Assembly (NCBI GenBank): GCA_965223865.1
Contig: OZ245020.1
Span: 352,001-416,000, forward strand
DNA: 64,000 nt
Source of the DNA: Nitrosarchaeum sp.
GTDB taxonomy: Archaea > Thermoproteota > Nitrososphaeria > Nitrososphaerales > Nitrosopumilaceae
Reading direction: 5' to 3'
Position numbers and translations under genes: made by a program. Positions 46,111 to 56,235 of the stretch are shown here, one piece after another (the first letter of the stretch is position 1; every line of letters begins with the position of its first letter). The notes under the pieces are model-generated. The model did not search any database and was not told the DNA's origin. It saw only the letters and a program-made list of their open reading frames with translations.

Positions 46111-47262
46111 TTGACTGAAAATATTCCACACGTGTTAGTACTTGGTGGAGGGTTTGGAGGACTGTCTGCAGCAAATGAAATTCGAAATTCTCTTTCATCA
46201 TCACAAGTTAGAATTACAATAATTGATAAAAAAGACTGGTTTATGGTTGGTTTTGCAAAACTTTGGATTATGAACGGATCACGAACCTTTGAAGAATCTA
46301 TTGGTTCTTTAAAAGAACTTGAAAAAAAAGAAATCAATTTTCTCAATGAAGAAATTTTGCAAATCGACTTGCCAAATAAAAATGTGAAAACAACTACAAA
46401 GAATCTGTCATTTGATTTTCTAATAATAGCAATGGGAGCAGTTTTAGCTCCTGAAAAAATTCCAGGATTGATAGAAAATGGAATGAATCTATATGATCAT
46501 AATCAGCTCTTAGAAATTAATGATAAACTTAACAAAATAAAATCTGGCAAAATTGCAATTGCAATTATGGGCATGCCATACAAATGCCCACCTGCACCAT
46601 TTGAGGCAGCTTTACTTATTGATTCTATGTTAAGAAATTTTGGAAATCGTAAATCAGTTCAAATCCATTTTTACAGTCCTGCTCCAATAACATTACCTGC
46701 AGCAGGCTCCAACGTAAGTCAGCAAATCCTTGAATTGATAAATTCTGAAAATATTATTTTTCATAACTCTTGCAAAACTCTGTCAGTTGAAAAAAATAAA
46801 CTGCTTTTTGAGAATGCTCAAGCTGAATTTGATTTACTTTTGGCTATTCCACCACACATTGCTCCTAAGGTAATTTATGAATCAGGTTTGGCAAAACAAG
46901 GGGGTTTTATCCAAATCGCTAGGGATTGTAAAACTCCCCATGATAATGTCTATGCAGTTGGAGATGTTACTAGCTTACCAGTTGGAGAAAAAATGGCAGT
47001 TCCAAAGGCAGGTGTTTTTGCAGAAGGCGAAGGACTAGTAGTTGCAAAAAATATTGTATCTAAAATTCAATCTAAAGATGACTCTGAATTGTACGATGGT
47101 AAGGGGGGATGCTTTATTGAATCTGGAAGAGACACTGCATCTTTAATTGAAGTAGATATGTTTTCAGAATCAAAACCCACCACAAACCTAACAGAGTCAA
47201 CAAAAGAACATCTAATAGAAAAGATACAATTTGAAAAAGAGAGAATTACAAAATGGCTTTAA
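46111..47262 (+). CDS. Sulfide:quinone oxidoreductase/FCSD-like flavoprotein
   Basis: GGGFGG, YKCPPAPFE, AVGD, PKAG.FA, GGCFIE. Confidence 0.75.
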   Translation: MTENIPHVLVLGGGFGGLSAANEIRNSLSSSQVRITIIDKKDWFMVGFAKLWIMNGSRTFEESIGSLKELEKKEINFLNEEILQIDLPNKNVKTTTKNLSFDFLIIAMGAVLAPEKIPGLIENGMNLYDHNQLLEINDKLNKIKSGKIAIAIMGMPYKCPPAPFEAALLIDSMLRNFGNRKSVQIHFYSPAPITLPAAGSNVSQQILELINSENIIFHNSCKTLSVEKNKLLFENAQAEFDLLLAIPPHIAPKVIYESGLAKQGGFIQIARDCKTPHDNVYAVGDVTSLPVGEKMAVPKAGVFAEGEGLVVAKNIVSKIQSKDDSELYDGKGGCFIESGRDTASLIEVDMFSESKPTTNLTESTKEHLIEKIQFEKERITKWL

Positions 47263-47465
47263 TCTTTATCTTTTTCTTTAGACAAATGTTCTAGAATAGC
47301 TCTTACTTCAACACCTAAATCTTCTGGATTTTTTGCTAAACCAATCTTCTCTGGAATTTTATTTTTGAGATCCTCATCTTCAAGCTCTACTCTTCTTTTT
47401 TGAATACAATCAAGATGATCTTGCCCAGTAGCTGAAATCCTATGACAAATACTACAAATCTTCAA
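47259..47465 (-). CDS. Small CxxC/HxxC protein
   Basis: CSIC...HLDC. Confidence 0.6.
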   Translation of the reverse strand: MKICSICHRISATGQDHLDCIQKRRVELEDEDLKNKIPEKIGLAKNPEDLGVEVRAILEHLSKEKDKD

Positions 47466-47521
47466 TAATTACTAGTAACAATCCGACGATTTAATAATTT
47501 CATTTTGTGCCTGTCCATCAT

Positions 47522-47595
47522 GGGATCGTCGTCTAGCTTGGTATGATACTAGTCTGGGGGGCTAGTGGTCGCAGGTTCAAATCCTGCCGATCCCA
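47522..47595 (+). tRNA. tRNA-Pro(GGG)
   Basis: Acceptor GGGATCG/CGATCCC, anticodon stem CTAGT/GCTAG with loop CTGGGGG, T-arm GCAGG-TTCAAAT-CCTGC; CCA not encoded. Confidence 0.95.
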
Positions 47596-47730
47596 TTTTA
47601 GTACTCTGAATAATGTTACACTTCAATCATTAAAGCCCCAATCAAAACTCATTTTTACTGATTACACAAATAAAATCAATAATTGTTAAGTTCATTAAAG
47701 AAATTAGTGGTTTGAATTTTTAATTATGGT

Positions 47731-47931
47731 TTATGACGATTGTTCTTGGGATTTTCTTTCCTTACTAGGACAGGATTTTCCTTCTTTATTCTCTCCATCC
47801 TTGTAACTACCTTCACCATGAGGCATTACATCAGAAGAGGTCTGGGCAACTGCCACATCTACGGGTGATGCAATAGCAAACACTGCTGCCAAAGCAATTA
47901 CCATAGCAAAGGCCATTGTAGTTTTGTTCAT
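47731..47931 (-). CDS. Secreted EGKSCP peptide (paralog of 18845-19027)
   Basis: Signal peptide; KEGKSCPSKERK. Confidence 0.78.
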   Translation of the reverse strand: MNKTTMAFAMVIALAAVFAIASPVDVAVAQTSSDVMPHGEGSYKDGENKEGKSCPSKERKSQEQSS

Positions 47932-48023
47932 CGTTATAATAGTAGATTGTCTTAAAATTTAAGGATTGTTCATAATTAATTAAAATGTATTTTATTGTGT
48001 GAGATTTCACTTCATATTGGTAA

Positions 48024-48440
48024 ATGGCAGAAACTGTAATTCGACAAACAATACTTCACGATGTTGCACATTTTGGAGTGCGCATAACTATAGGGATGAT
48101 ATTCATCATGCATTCTCTTGGTAAGTTTGAACCAGGGTTTGCAGAAAATCTCCCAAACATGGGATTGCCACCTGAAATGCAGTTTCCAATTGCATTGGCA
48201 GAATTTGTACCTGGAATACTACTGATCATAGGTGGATTGACTAGAATTTCAGCATCGTTGTTGTCAATTGTAATGCTGGGTGCAATCTTTCTAGTAAAAG
48301 GAGCTCAAAATTTTACTGGACGGGGTGGAACTGAACTTGACATACTTCTTTTAGCTGGATGTCTAGTCATAATAGTGATAGGTCCTGGAAGAATATCTGT
48401 CTCACATATACTCAGGAAGGTTCCAAGATTTTTGCAGTAA
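48024..48440 (+). CDS. DoxX-family membrane protein
   Basis: R...G.IFI.HSLGK, AEF..G, GLTR, GPG.IS. Confidence 0.9.
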   Translation: MAETVIRQTILHDVAHFGVRITIGMIFIMHSLGKFEPGFAENLPNMGLPPEMQFPIALAEFVPGILLIIGGLTRISASLLSIVMLGAIFLVKGAQNFTGRGGTELDILLLAGCLVIIVIGPGRISVSHILRKVPRFLQ

Positions 48441-48580
48441 ATTCTCTTTTTTATTCTATAAACAATAAATCAAATACGAGATTGATTTTTCATTCCAAAA
48501 AAGTTTCAAATTTTTATCCATATAGTCAAAAAATCAAAGTCTGTAATTAAAATTCTAAAAGTATCAATTTTTAGAGTTAA

Positions 48581-48706
48581 TTGAACAATAGAGAAAAGGA
48601 ACTGCAAAAAGACATTGAAGATGCATTAACTCATGAAGAGTACATAAGCAAGGACCAAAATGAAGATCCCATAACTTTCGTAAATGAAACAAAAAATGAG
48701 AAATAG
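48581..48706 (+). CDS. Possible 41-aa acidic microprotein (not in ORF track)
   Basis: TTG start, MNNREKELQKDIEDALTHEEYISKDQNEDPITFVNETKNEK*. Confidence 0.35.
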   Translation: MNNREKELQKDIEDALTHEEYISKDQNEDPITFVNETKNEK

Positions 48707-48858
48707 ATCATAAAATTTGACTACATACTGATATCATAACCATAACATAGGTACCAAGATAATCACTAAAACTCTCTTAATCCTGCCAGTCCCATACACT
48801 CTAGTTGCTGTAGATGAAAAATATTTTGAAATTATTTTAAAAAAAAGTGAGTAAAAAC

Positions 48859-49437
48859 TCACCGGGTTTCACTATGAGAGGGTTTAATGGAATGTTCTCT
48901 TTCTACTAATGCTGAGATGTAAAACAGCTCATATTCATCTCCATCTTCATTGGTTGCTGTACCTGTAACATAGTACAGATTTCCATTCTGCAAAGCAGAG
49001 ATTTTTTCTCCTTCCATCTTTACATCATAGGTTTTACCCTCTTTGTTTTCAACAGTTCCAGATGCCTCAAAATTTTCCTTATCAGCTCTTACTTCAATTT
49101 CCCAACTCTCTGGTATTACAGAGTAAAACTGACGATTATCGTGTTTTCCAATTACAAATACGCCTCGTTTTACAGAAAGTTCTGTATCTGAATTAGAACC
49201 ACTGGTTTGAGGTTCTGAAACAACTCCCATCCTAAAATGAGAGCGCCATCCTTGATCATCTTCACCTACAACAGCACCAGCACCAGCTAAAACGGTTCTT
49301 GGATGAACTGGTCTATCAACCACTTCAAGATCTGATTGTTGTGCAAATGCCGGGCTGTATATGACTGATAATGATAGCATTGCTGACATCACTATCAATC
49401 CTGCCAAGATTTTCTTGTTTAATTTTGTCATTGACAA
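48859..49437 (-). CDS. Secreted beta-rich hypothetical protein
   Basis: Signal peptide ending PAFA-Q. Confidence 0.75.
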   Translation of the reverse strand: MSMTKLNKKILAGLIVMSAMLSLSVIYSPAFAQQSDLEVVDRPVHPRTVLAGAGAVVGEDDQGWRSHFRMGVVSEPQTSGSNSDTELSVKRGVFVIGKHDNRQFYSVIPESWEIEVRADKENFEASGTVENKEGKTYDVKMEGEKISALQNGNLYYVTGTATNEDGDEYELFYISALVEREHSIKPSHSETR

Positions 49438-49561
49438 GAAAAGAGAATTTTGGATAAAAGGGATTGTTAAGCATTGTTAGCTAACAAAGTTACTGGAGCT
49501 TTATTGGCAATTGTTAAAATCAACAAGAAAGAGTGTGAATTAGTTCAAGGAATGATAAAAA

Positions 49562-49855
49562 CTGGCACAGGGATATAGGGATCGTACTTACATTAGAAAA
49601 GACATTATTTTGATCTTATCTGAATACGGCGAGATTAACCAAACCAAACTTCTAAGCTATTGTGGATTAAACATTGCCAAACACAAGGAAATTCTTGATG
49701 ACATGGAGCAAAAAGGCCTAATCAAGAGAAATGAAGAGCCTTGGGGAAAGAAAACAATAATCAAATACAAAGTTAGCCCAAAGGGACACGAATTTTGTAA
49801 ATTGATTTTAGAGCCATATGAGGAGATGTTCCCAAGGCGGGAGGAAGGTGAGTAA
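49562..49855 (+). CDS. Winged-helix regulator (HTH_45-like), probable CTG start
   Basis: Frame open back to CTG 49562 giving (M)AQGYRDRTYIRKDII...; TKL...GLN...Y.VSPKG..F. Confidence 0.78.
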   Translation: MAQGYRDRTYIRKDIILILSEYGEINQTKLLSYCGLNIAKHKEILDDMEQKGLIKRNEEPWGKKTIIKYKVSPKGHEFCKLILEPYEEMFPRREEGE

Positions 49856-49900
49856 CAATGTTATCTAAAGGTTTTAAGACAAAATTGGAGGTTTTACATT

Positions 49901-50359
49901 ATGAGTAGATCAAACAAAGATCATAACAGTATCTTTGAGATCATGGATGGTCTAATGTTTCAACTAAGTAAAACAAAAAAGATGTTCATGATTATGATAT
50001 TGACTACTTTAATCATTCCACCTATTGCGTTGTTAGTAATTACAAGTGCATATGATTCTCCATTCAATGACAGATTTGAAAAAAGACTTGATGACCGTTT
50101 AAATGAACAACTACGGCGTGGTCAAATAACCCTAGATCAAGCTAACAAAATAAAAGACCAAATCATAGACAGAAACAGAGACCAAGTATTACTTCAGCCG
50201 GCGCAACTAGTGATTTTTACAATATCTTTAGTTTGGCTAGGAATAGGAATTAAGCAGTGGCTATCTATTTCAAAATGGGACAAAAAATACCAAAGATTCA
50301 AGGAAAGACAACAACAAGTAGACAAAAAACTAGATGATTATTTTGAGGATGAAAAATAG
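49901..50359 (+). CDS. Two-TM membrane protein
   Basis: Two hydrophobic helices, C-terminal KWDKKY. Confidence 0.75.
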   Translation: MSRSNKDHNSIFEIMDGLMFQLSKTKKMFMIMILTTLIIPPIALLVITSAYDSPFNDRFEKRLDDRLNEQLRRGQITLDQANKIKDQIIDRNRDQVLLQPAQLVIFTISLVWLGIGIKQWLSISKWDKKYQRFKERQQQVDKKLDDYFEDEK

Positions 50360-50475
50360 CAGTCAATCTAAATGTACTAACTTGAATCAATTTTTCTAAT
50401 TCTTAATCTATAGAATTAGAACAAGCCTCTAAAATGAGTCTCATCTTAAAATAATCTCAAATTAGAAACACTGAG

Positions 50476-51369
50476 ATGACTAAAACAGTAACAGTTCTTT
50501 TGACAATTGTTGTTCTGGGAAGCATTCCATTGGCTTTTGCTGATTCAAATAGAAACGACAAATTTGAGTTTGCAGGAACATTAGAAGAAACACTAGGACA
50601 CCTTTGGGCATTGGAATTGAATCTGGATGAAAAAAATTCAAAGCTAGCACTTGTTCATGCTGCTCATCCTATAGCTGAGCTATATGATACAATGAGCACG
50701 CATCTTGAAGATAATCCAAGTTTTAATGAAAAACTTCAAACCACACTAATAGATTTACAAGACAAAACAAATACTAATGTAAGCAGATCTCAGGCCCAAT
50801 CAGCAATTGATGAAGCAAAAGAAATCATCCAAGAAGCGAGAAACCTTGTTGTAGGAGATGAATTAAGCCAGGATCCAGACTTTAAAATGCAGTTAATTAA
50901 TGGATTATTGGAAACTGCCAAAGTAGAATATGAAGAAGCTGTAGTTGATGGTAATATTGAAGAAATGGCAGAATTTCAAGACGGTTCTGCCTTTGTGTGG
51001 CGTTCACAACAAATCTATCAAGAGATAGAAGATGATTTTGATCCAATTGATTCTTCAAGACTAGATGATTACTATGAACAGGTTTGGAACAGTTTTGACA
51101 AACGAGCAGATCCTGAAGATGTAGAGAATTGGATTGATGCAGTAATTTATGAATTTGAAGAATTATCTGGCATTCAATCAGATCCTTCAGAACATGAAGA
51201 AGTACTTATTGTAGATTTGCCACCTCTAAAGCAACTTCAAGAAGGTGTTGATCCACACAATGTATCGTGTAAATCCTCTCATTCACTTGTGTTCAAACCA
51301 TCAGGAGAACCAGCTTGTGTTAAGATATCCAGTGTACAAAAATTGGTTAATATGGGTTGGACCCAATAA
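50476..51369 (+). CDS. Secreted helical putative metal-binding protein with thaumarchaeal PLKQ C-terminal domain
   Basis: E..GH, HAAHP, EYEE, EFQD; PPLKQ...C...PACVK...GW. Confidence 0.7.
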   Translation: MTKTVTVLLTIVVLGSIPLAFADSNRNDKFEFAGTLEETLGHLWALELNLDEKNSKLALVHAAHPIAELYDTMSTHLEDNPSFNEKLQTTLIDLQDKTNTNVSRSQAQSAIDEAKEIIQEARNLVVGDELSQDPDFKMQLINGLLETAKVEYEEAVVDGNIEEMAEFQDGSAFVWRSQQIYQEIEDDFDPIDSSRLDDYYEQVWNSFDKRADPEDVENWIDAVIYEFEELSGIQSDPSEHEEVLIVDLPPLKQLQEGVDPHNVSCKSSHSLVFKPSGEPACVKISSVQKLVNMGWTQ

Positions 51370-51613
51370 TCCTTTTTCTTTGTTTTTTAATTAAAAACTG
51401 AAATCATCAATGTTTTCAAAACTGATTTTTAAAAACGGAGTTAATTAGGAAGAAAGATGGTTTTACTTATGAAAGTTGTTTAATTTGAATATAATTGCAG
51501 TTTCTTTTTTTGTAGGAATGATTTTTCTTTTTTCTCTGGAATTTGATTCCATTCATGATGGGCAACAAGATAATTTTTTTAACAATTCAAACTATGCAAT
51601 CATCTAAAAAACT

Positions 51614-52426
51614 TTATAATTTTAGGTTTTGAATTTTATCGATACCCATTTTTGATTTGGGAAATTGTAATTTCATCTCTTCCATGGTTTTGGTAATGAT
51701 TTTTGCTACAATCAAATTCCGATACCACTTTTTATCAGAAGGAATGACATACCATGGTGCCCAAGGAGTACTACATTTCTCGAGAACATCCTCATATGCC
51801 TTCATGTATTTATCCCAGAATTTTCTTTCTGCAAAGTCAGCCTCATCAATTTTCCAATGTTTAGTAGGATTAACAATTCTTTGTTCTAATCTTTTTTGCT
51901 GCTCTTCTTTACTAATATGCAAATAAAATTTCAAAATTTTTATTCCTTCATCACTTAGCATTTTTTCAAAATCATTAACGTGATCATACCTTTTTGACCA
52001 AATTTTCTTTGGCACCAAATTATGTATCCTTACAACTAAAACATCACCATAATGGGATCTATTAAAAATACCAATTTCGCCTTTAGCAGGAATTTTTTTG
52101 TGAACACGCCACAAGAAATCATGATCTATCTCTTCTCCCTGAGGAGCTCTAAATGATGTCACTTTACACCCTTGAGGATTAAATCCATGCATTACATCCC
52201 TTATTGTTCCGTCTTTTCCTCCTGCATCCATTGCTTGCAGTATTATCAGCAATGCCTGTTTTTTTTCTGCGTGGAGTTTGTACTGAAGTTTAGACATTTT
52301 TAGATGTAATTCATCTAAATCAATTTTGGATTGCTCTTTTTGTAAATTACCATTGTAATCAGTACTAGTTTTTTTGAGGTTTATTTTGGTCCCAGGATTA
52401 ATTAGAAATTCCGATAATTGATTCAT
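51614..52426 (-). CDS. ppk2: Polyphosphate kinase 2 (polyP:nucleotide phosphotransferase)
   Basis: QAMDAGGKDG, FNRSHY, APWYVIP.D.KWYRN. Confidence 0.92.
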   Translation of the reverse strand: MNQLSEFLINPGTKINLKKTSTDYNGNLQKEQSKIDLDELHLKMSKLQYKLHAEKKQALLIILQAMDAGGKDGTIRDVMHGFNPQGCKVTSFRAPQGEEIDHDFLWRVHKKIPAKGEIGIFNRSHYGDVLVVRIHNLVPKKIWSKRYDHVNDFEKMLSDEGIKILKFYLHISKEEQQKRLEQRIVNPTKHWKIDEADFAERKFWDKYMKAYEDVLEKCSTPWAPWYVIPSDKKWYRNLIVAKIITKTMEEMKLQFPKSKMGIDKIQNLKL

Positions 52427-52537
52427 TAGGAACTGTAGTTTTTCGTAATAAAATATTCTTTTTCTTATTTATTCTAATCTTACTAAGTTGGCAATCCAAT
52501 AATCATCAAAAAACCTTCTAATCTTACGGTTTCATCA

Positions 52538-53299
52538 TTACAACTTTAAATTTGCTAAAAGTTCATCAAAACTTTCTCTTGATTGCTCTTGTTTGTATTT
52601 TCTTAGATTTTCAATAATTGCATCTCTTGATGGAATCTTGTAGATTTTCTGAACTTTTTTAGCAATACCTGAACCAATAAAAATTGCCTGTGTAGCCGAT
52701 GTTACATTTGAAACTCTTCTTTTGGTACTAGAACTTTCAAAATCTATCAAAGTTGACTTTGACTTTCCAACTATCACATGTTTTGAAATGCTACTTAACT
52801 CTCCATGATCGAATCCAATTTTATCTAATCTATAACAATCTTCTAAAACAGATCTGATTGTAAACTTTAATTTCTTTACACTTCCTTTTCCACTAAGATT
52901 TTTTATCCAATCAGCAATTTTTTCTCCCTCTAGGAATTCCATGACTAGAAAATTTTTACTTACATCATATAGTTTGGGTCCAACATTTACCGAATTCACA
53001 GTTTTGAGCAGTTTTGCTTCATTTCTCATTTCTTTTCTTTGAGAATCTAATCTTCTAATTTTTACTGCAATATTTTTTGTACCTTTTTTTGCTAGCACAA
53101 CAACCCCGACATATCCTTTACCTAGAATTGCAAATTTACCAATTGTAGTTGGCCCTGTAAGAGAAATTGACTTAATTTTTAATTTTTCCAATTCAGAAAT
53201 TCTAGTTTTAATCTGATTTTTAGTGGCTTTAGGATATCCAAGAATTTTTGAATATGGCTCTTCTGAAAATTTTTTAATTGAAATAAAAGATTTTTCCAT
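52538..53299 (-). CDS. RIO/Bud32-like Ser/Thr kinase
   Basis: LGKG..G.V, AVK, HGEL, IDFE. Confidence 0.82.
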   Translation of the reverse strand: MEKSFISIKKFSEEPYSKILGYPKATKNQIKTRISELEKLKIKSISLTGPTTIGKFAILGKGYVGVVVLAKKGTKNIAVKIRRLDSQRKEMRNEAKLLKTVNSVNVGPKLYDVSKNFLVMEFLEGEKIADWIKNLSGKGSVKKLKFTIRSVLEDCYRLDKIGFDHGELSSISKHVIVGKSKSTLIDFESSSTKRRVSNVTSATQAIFIGSGIAKKVQKIYKIPSRDAIIENLRKYKQEQSRESFDELLANLKL

Positions 53300-54602
53300 C
53301 AGTTGAAATTAGATCCAAAACAGCCTCTTTAATTGATTTTCTCAAGGTTTTACTGCCAAGGGAAACTTTGAATCCCTTTTTAAAATCATTTTGTAATCCT
53401 TTTGGAATACTAACCTGAAGATTATTTTTCAAAAATTCATTTACATATTTTACCACATTATCATGTTTTCTCTTTTCTAGGGAAACAACTCTCAAATCAT
53501 TATCAATCCACATTAGTTCTGTTTTTGAAAGATTTTTTCCAATAAAGCTCTTACAGTCCTTTTCCCTAAAAAATTCAGGTCCTTTTTTTAGATATTTTTT
53601 TGGAATAATAGTTGATTCTAGCAAAAAGAAAAGATATGCTTCTTTGTTCTCATCAGTGTAAGACATACTGCGTAATACAGTAAAACCTCCTATTTCCAGC
53701 TGAGTTGCAAGAGCTGATGACGCTCTCTTTATCTGTCCCCATATTATGTCAGAACTCCTTTTGGTATGGCTAAATTTTACCACAAGAACATTTTCCCAAC
53801 TAGTAGATTTTTTCTTCTTTGAGGTCTTGAAAAAAAGATTTGATGGATTATCTTGAAATGCCCTACACGAAAGTACAAATTTTCCTATGTTCTGGTCTGA
53901 TATTGCTGCAGCCAGATTTCTATTACTATCGATAGGATCTATTATAACAATTCTAGTATCAAATTTCTTTGATGTCTTCCCTATCACTTCATTTTCTTTT
54001 ATTTTAGAAATTGACTTTATTACATTTTCAAATGAACCATAATTTAAAATCAAAACTTCAGACACATACCCACTGAATCCTTGTTTTGCAATTTCAGCCC
54101 CATAAATCCCAACAGATTTTAGAAATTTCTTTAAAAGTCTAACCTCATCTTTCATTTTGGAATTTAGTGCTTTTTGCATATGTTTTGTATGAAATGGTGA
54201 TCTATCTGCAGCACTTTTCCAATTTGATGGTTTTACATCATAACATGGAACTACATTGATCTTTGTTTTTTTAATTACAGCTTCAACATATGGATGTTCA
54301 GAATATCTAACATATGGTTTGAAATTTTTCATTGATGCAAAACCAATTTCTTTAGTAATATTTTCAAATTCTTTTTCTGAAGTTGATTTTTTGAATTTTA
54401 TAAAAATATCAATATCAGCTTCTCTATCTAACCAAGTTCCTTTTGCGTATGAACCACCAAATTCTAATTCTACTATCTCCGAAAATTTTTCTATTTCATT
54501 TTTAACAAGGTTAAATGCTAAACCTGCGATTTGTTTTTTTGAATTGACTATAGACTTCGATGGAATTATTGATTTTTTAGCAACTAAAATTACCTTTTTC
54601 AT
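53274..54602 (-). CDS. cca: Archaeal CCA-adding enzyme
   Basis: GGSYAKGTWL..DIDIF, EHPY, SAADRSPFH, GFSGY. Confidence 0.95.
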   Translation of the reverse strand: MKKVILVAKKSIIPSKSIVNSKKQIAGLAFNLVKNEIEKFSEIVELEFGGSYAKGTWLDREADIDIFIKFKKSTSEKEFENITKEIGFASMKNFKPYVRYSEHPYVEAVIKKTKINVVPCYDVKPSNWKSAADRSPFHTKHMQKALNSKMKDEVRLLKKFLKSVGIYGAEIAKQGFSGYVSEVLILNYGSFENVIKSISKIKENEVIGKTSKKFDTRIVIIDPIDSNRNLAAAISDQNIGKFVLSCRAFQDNPSNLFFKTSKKKKSTSWENVLVVKFSHTKRSSDIIWGQIKRASSALATQLEIGGFTVLRSMSYTDENKEAYLFFLLESTIIPKKYLKKGPEFFREKDCKSFIGKNLSKTELMWIDNDLRVVSLEKRKHDNVVKYVNEFLKNNLQVSIPKGLQNDFKKGFKVSLGSKTLRKSIKEAVLDLISTDGKIFYFN

Positions 54603-55138
54603 TTTCCATGTACCTCAGCTAAATCAGAATAAATTGGACCATTTGGTGTCAGAACACTTTGTTTAAACTTGAAATTTGTAATTTCTTCAGATCCAAAATC
54701 AAATAATTCAAACTTTTGCATTTCCTTTGTAATATCTCCAATCTTATTTTTAATTCTAAATACTGTGATATGAGGTTTGAATGGCTTGTCATTTGTAAAA
54801 CCTAGAGGAGTTAGAATATTTTCTACTTTTTTTGCTAAATCTATTAACGCCTCTCCTCCAACTTTATCTGTCCCTATCCAAATTACTCGAGGAAATTTTA
54901 GTTTAGGAAAGGCACCTATTCCTCTAAAATTTAACCAGAACTTTGAAAACTCTATCTTTTGTAGTTCCTCTTTTACTTGTCCCGCCTGCTGCTCAGAAAT
55001 TTCCCCTAAAAATTGAAGCGTAAAATGAAGATTTTGTGATTTCACTGGTTTTGCCTTAATATTTACCTCTGATTGAAATTTAGAAATTGCATTGATTACT
55101 TGTCTACTTGAAATTTCTACTGCTACAAATGTTCGCAA
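54599..55138 (-). CDS. thpR: RNA 2',3'-cyclic phosphodiesterase
   Basis: Two HxT motifs (HFTL, HITV). Confidence 0.92.
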   Translation of the reverse strand: MRTFVAVEISSRQVINAISKFQSEVNIKAKPVKSQNLHFTLQFLGEISEQQAGQVKEELQKIEFSKFWLNFRGIGAFPKLKFPRVIWIGTDKVGGEALIDLAKKVENILTPLGFTNDKPFKPHITVFRIKNKIGDITKEMQKFELFDFGSEEITNFKFKQSVLTPNGPIYSDLAEVHGK

Positions 55139-55204
55139 TACAACATCCTTTCTAGCATCTCTATAATAATTTCCGGTACCTTCATAGAACAGCCATTTTT
55201 TGTT

Positions 55205-55759
55205 TTGGTATTGACAAAACTAATTGTTTGTTTAACTGGTATGCCCGGAGCTGGAAAATCTACAATAGCTGAAGGTCTAAAATCAAAAGGCTTTGATACT
55301 ATCAATATGGGTAATGCAGTAAGAACAGAGGCTAAGAAAAATAATTTAGATCCAACCGGACCAAACCTTGGAAAGCTCATGCTTGAGCTTCGTGAAAAAA
55401 ATGGACCTGGTGCGATAGCCAAATTAGTTATTCCAGAAATACAAAACTCAAAGTCAAATGTAATAATAATTGATGGAATAAGATCAAATGCAGAAATTAA
55501 TGTTTTAAGGCAGCATGGTATTGTAAAATTACTTGCAATACATGCATCAACTGATAAAAGATTTGGATTCTTACAGCAACGAGGCAGATCCGATGATCCT
55601 AAAACAAAGGAAAATTTTGAAGAAAGAGATAATCGAGAATTAGGAGTTGGAATCAGTAATTCAATCGCATTGTCTGATGATGCAATAACAAACAACAATA
55701 AAACAAAAGAGGAATTAATTGAAGCCTCCTTTAAAAAAATTCAAGGTTGGATTAAATGA
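55205..55759 (+). CDS. Nucleotide kinase-like P-loop protein (dephospho-CoA kinase-like)
   Basis: GMPGAGKST, IDGIR, RGRSDD. Confidence 0.8.
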   Translation: MVLTKLIVCLTGMPGAGKSTIAEGLKSKGFDTINMGNAVRTEAKKNNLDPTGPNLGKLMLELREKNGPGAIAKLVIPEIQNSKSNVIIIDGIRSNAEINVLRQHGIVKLLAIHASTDKRFGFLQQRGRSDDPKTKENFEERDNRELGVGISNSIALSDDAITNNNKTKEELIEASFKKIQGWIK

Positions 55760-56154
55760 AATTTCCAGATATTGATTGCAAAATACAAGTATTTTCTTCC
55801 ATAAATCCTTCTGAAGACTCTGAGAAAGTTAAACAAGCAATTTTAAACATTTTACCTTGCAATAATTTAAAGAGTGAAGAATTCTCGATAACTGGAGATA
55901 CGGATCATTTTCAATCAATGGAAAAAATCTATGAATCTATCCATTCTGCTCAATCACAAAGAGTCCTTAAACGTCAACTTGAAAAACATATGGACAGAAA
56001 CACAACTTGGTTTTATCTAAATAAGCAGGCAGCATTTGTTGAAAGAGTTGTTCTTTGTGAAGAAACCGATGAATCCCCATTAGGACCCTTAAAGGTTGTT
56101 CTTACATCTCACAATATTGAAAGAATAGCTGATATCCTTGTTCTTGGGGACTAG
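55756..56154 (+). CDS. DUF54-family RNA-binding protein
   Basis: PSED..KV, LNKQAA, ESPLGP. Confidence 0.82.
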   Translation: MKFPDIDCKIQVFSSINPSEDSEKVKQAILNILPCNNLKSEEFSITGDTDHFQSMEKIYESIHSAQSQRVLKRQLEKHMDRNTTWFYLNKQAAFVERVVLCEETDESPLGPLKVVLTSHNIERIADILVLGD

Positions 56155-56235
56155 TAAATTAGCTAAGAAATTTCAATCATAATTTGTTATTTTTTTTAGT
56201 TTGAATTTAAAAGATAATTTTGAAATTAATCATCA

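Noticed and set aside
47560-52537. Search for an attR copy of the tRNA-Pro 3' end and for an integrase
   Set aside because: Neither was found by eye, so no mobile element was called
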